From the IMG/VR virus record IMGVR_UViG_3300045988_175036, positions 52,290 to 116,289 of that record: DNA of 64,000 bases, one strand, 5' to 3'. The stretch is from a virus. Numbering within the stretch: the first letter of the stretch is position 1; each line of letters opens with the position of its first letter. Position numbers and translations under genes: made by a program. This document shows positions 63,673 through 64,000 of this stretch, in pieces. The notes beneath the pieces are model-generated. The model was not told where the DNA came from and ran no database searches. It saw only the letters and a list, made by a program, of their open reading frames with translations.

Positions 63673-63846
63673 TCATTTTTTCTTTTGAGAGTATTCGCGC
63701 ATTGTTTCTCTCAATTCAAAAGTATCTTCAAATATCCAGTTAGAAAATGTTGGGCGAGAAATGTCTTGGATAACTTTGAGTATTTTGAAGTCGCGTGCGG
63801 TCAAATACTCAGCAAGGCGTTTACTATAGATGCGTATGGTTTTCAT
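63673..63846 (-). CDS. small DUF5659-like protein (57 aa), not in the ORF track
   Basis: GGAGG RBS. Encodes MKTIRIYSKRLAEYLTARDFKILKVIQDISRPTFSNWIFEDTFELRETMREYSQKKK. Confidence 0.5.
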   Translation of the reverse strand: MKTIRIYSKRLAEYLTARDFKILKVIQDISRPTFSNWIFEDTFELRETMREYSQKKK

Positions 63847-63876
63847 TCTAACCTCCGATATTTATTTTCTATTTTT

Positions 63877-63905
63877 ATTATACTTTTTTTTAGTTGGAAA
63901 TTCAA
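63877..63905 (-). promoter_or_regulatory. sigma-A type promoter, conserved cassette
   Basis: Minus strand TTGAAT, 17 nt, TATAAT, then AAAAATAGAAAATAAATATCGGAGG. Confidence 0.6.
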
Positions 63906-64000
63906 GTTTCGCAAAATTCTTTTTGCTCAATCATCATTGCCAACCAATCCCTAAATTGAGCATAGCTCATGGCGCGCGCGACCTCGTTTTCTATTACAAC
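63902..64000 (-). CDS. C-terminal end of a gene entering from the right edge
   Basis: Open minus-strand frame ...VVIENEVARAMSYAQFRDWLAMMIEQKEFCET, ending in a stop. The frame cannot be confirmed from the window alone. Confidence 0.3.
   Translation of the reverse strand, partial: VVIENEVARAMSYAQFRDWLAMMIEQKEFCET

Noticed and set aside
63685-63954. Plus-strand track ORF of 89 aa at the right end.
   Set aside because: The opposite strand has a promoter cassette, a GGAGG RBS and a DUF5659-like small gene (63673-63846). The plus-strand ORF has no RBS and a hydrophobic nonsense-like sequence.
1-64000. CRISPR arrays, integrase/attP, transposase or IS elements, and rRNA genes.
   Set aside because: I saw no regularly spaced direct repeats with unique spacers, no tyrosine or serine recombinase motifs, no terminal inverted repeats bracketing a transposase, and no rRNA-like sequence.

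Overview
Segment of an AT-rich (about one-third G+C by eye) tailed dsDNA phage genome. The likely host is a low-GC Firmicute: sigma-A type TTGAAA-N17-TGnTATAAT promoters, GGAGG ribosome-binding sites (RBS), a CHAP+PG_binding endolysin and a SleB-like hydrolase. Layout: (1) 1-22.6 kb, leftward replication and nucleotide-metabolism operon: dCMP deaminase, class II RNR NrdJ, PHP-type Pol III alpha, N6A methyltransferase plus a PD-(D/E)XK partner, RecJ-like exonuclease, primase, DnaB-like helicase, AAA_24 ATPase, topo II B and A subunits. (2) 22.7-34.4 kb, rightward genes: replication-initiator-like winged-helix (wHTH) protein with an internal iteron origin, RNase HI, GT2 glycosyltransferase, dNMP-kinase-like protein, UvrD-like helicase, GIY-YIG proteins, ATP-dependent DNA ligase. 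(3) 34.4-39.0 kb, an almost ORF-free, GC-enriched RNA island with two dedicated promoters, 4 canonical tRNAs, 4 aberrant tRNA-like elements and about 2.5 kb of hairpin-rich spacer. (4) 39-52 kb, ClpP-like protease, PhoH-like protein, tail-fibre and lysis genes. (5) 52-64 kb, many small promoter-driven genes including a Thg1-like protein. Main leads: a tRNA-Gly gene split right after the anticodon by a homing-endonuclease cassette too small for a group I ribozyme; candidate giant structured RNAs between the tRNAs; a 252-nt group I-like intron splitting the Walker A motif of the ATPase gene; strong enrichment of alternating (CG)3 hexamers; a 2.4-kb high-GC fibre module encoding a CX5R phosphatase domain; two iteron/palindrome arrays next to paralogous wHTH proteins. 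All coordinates were indexed by hand and may be off by 1-2 nt. No database search or folding program was run.
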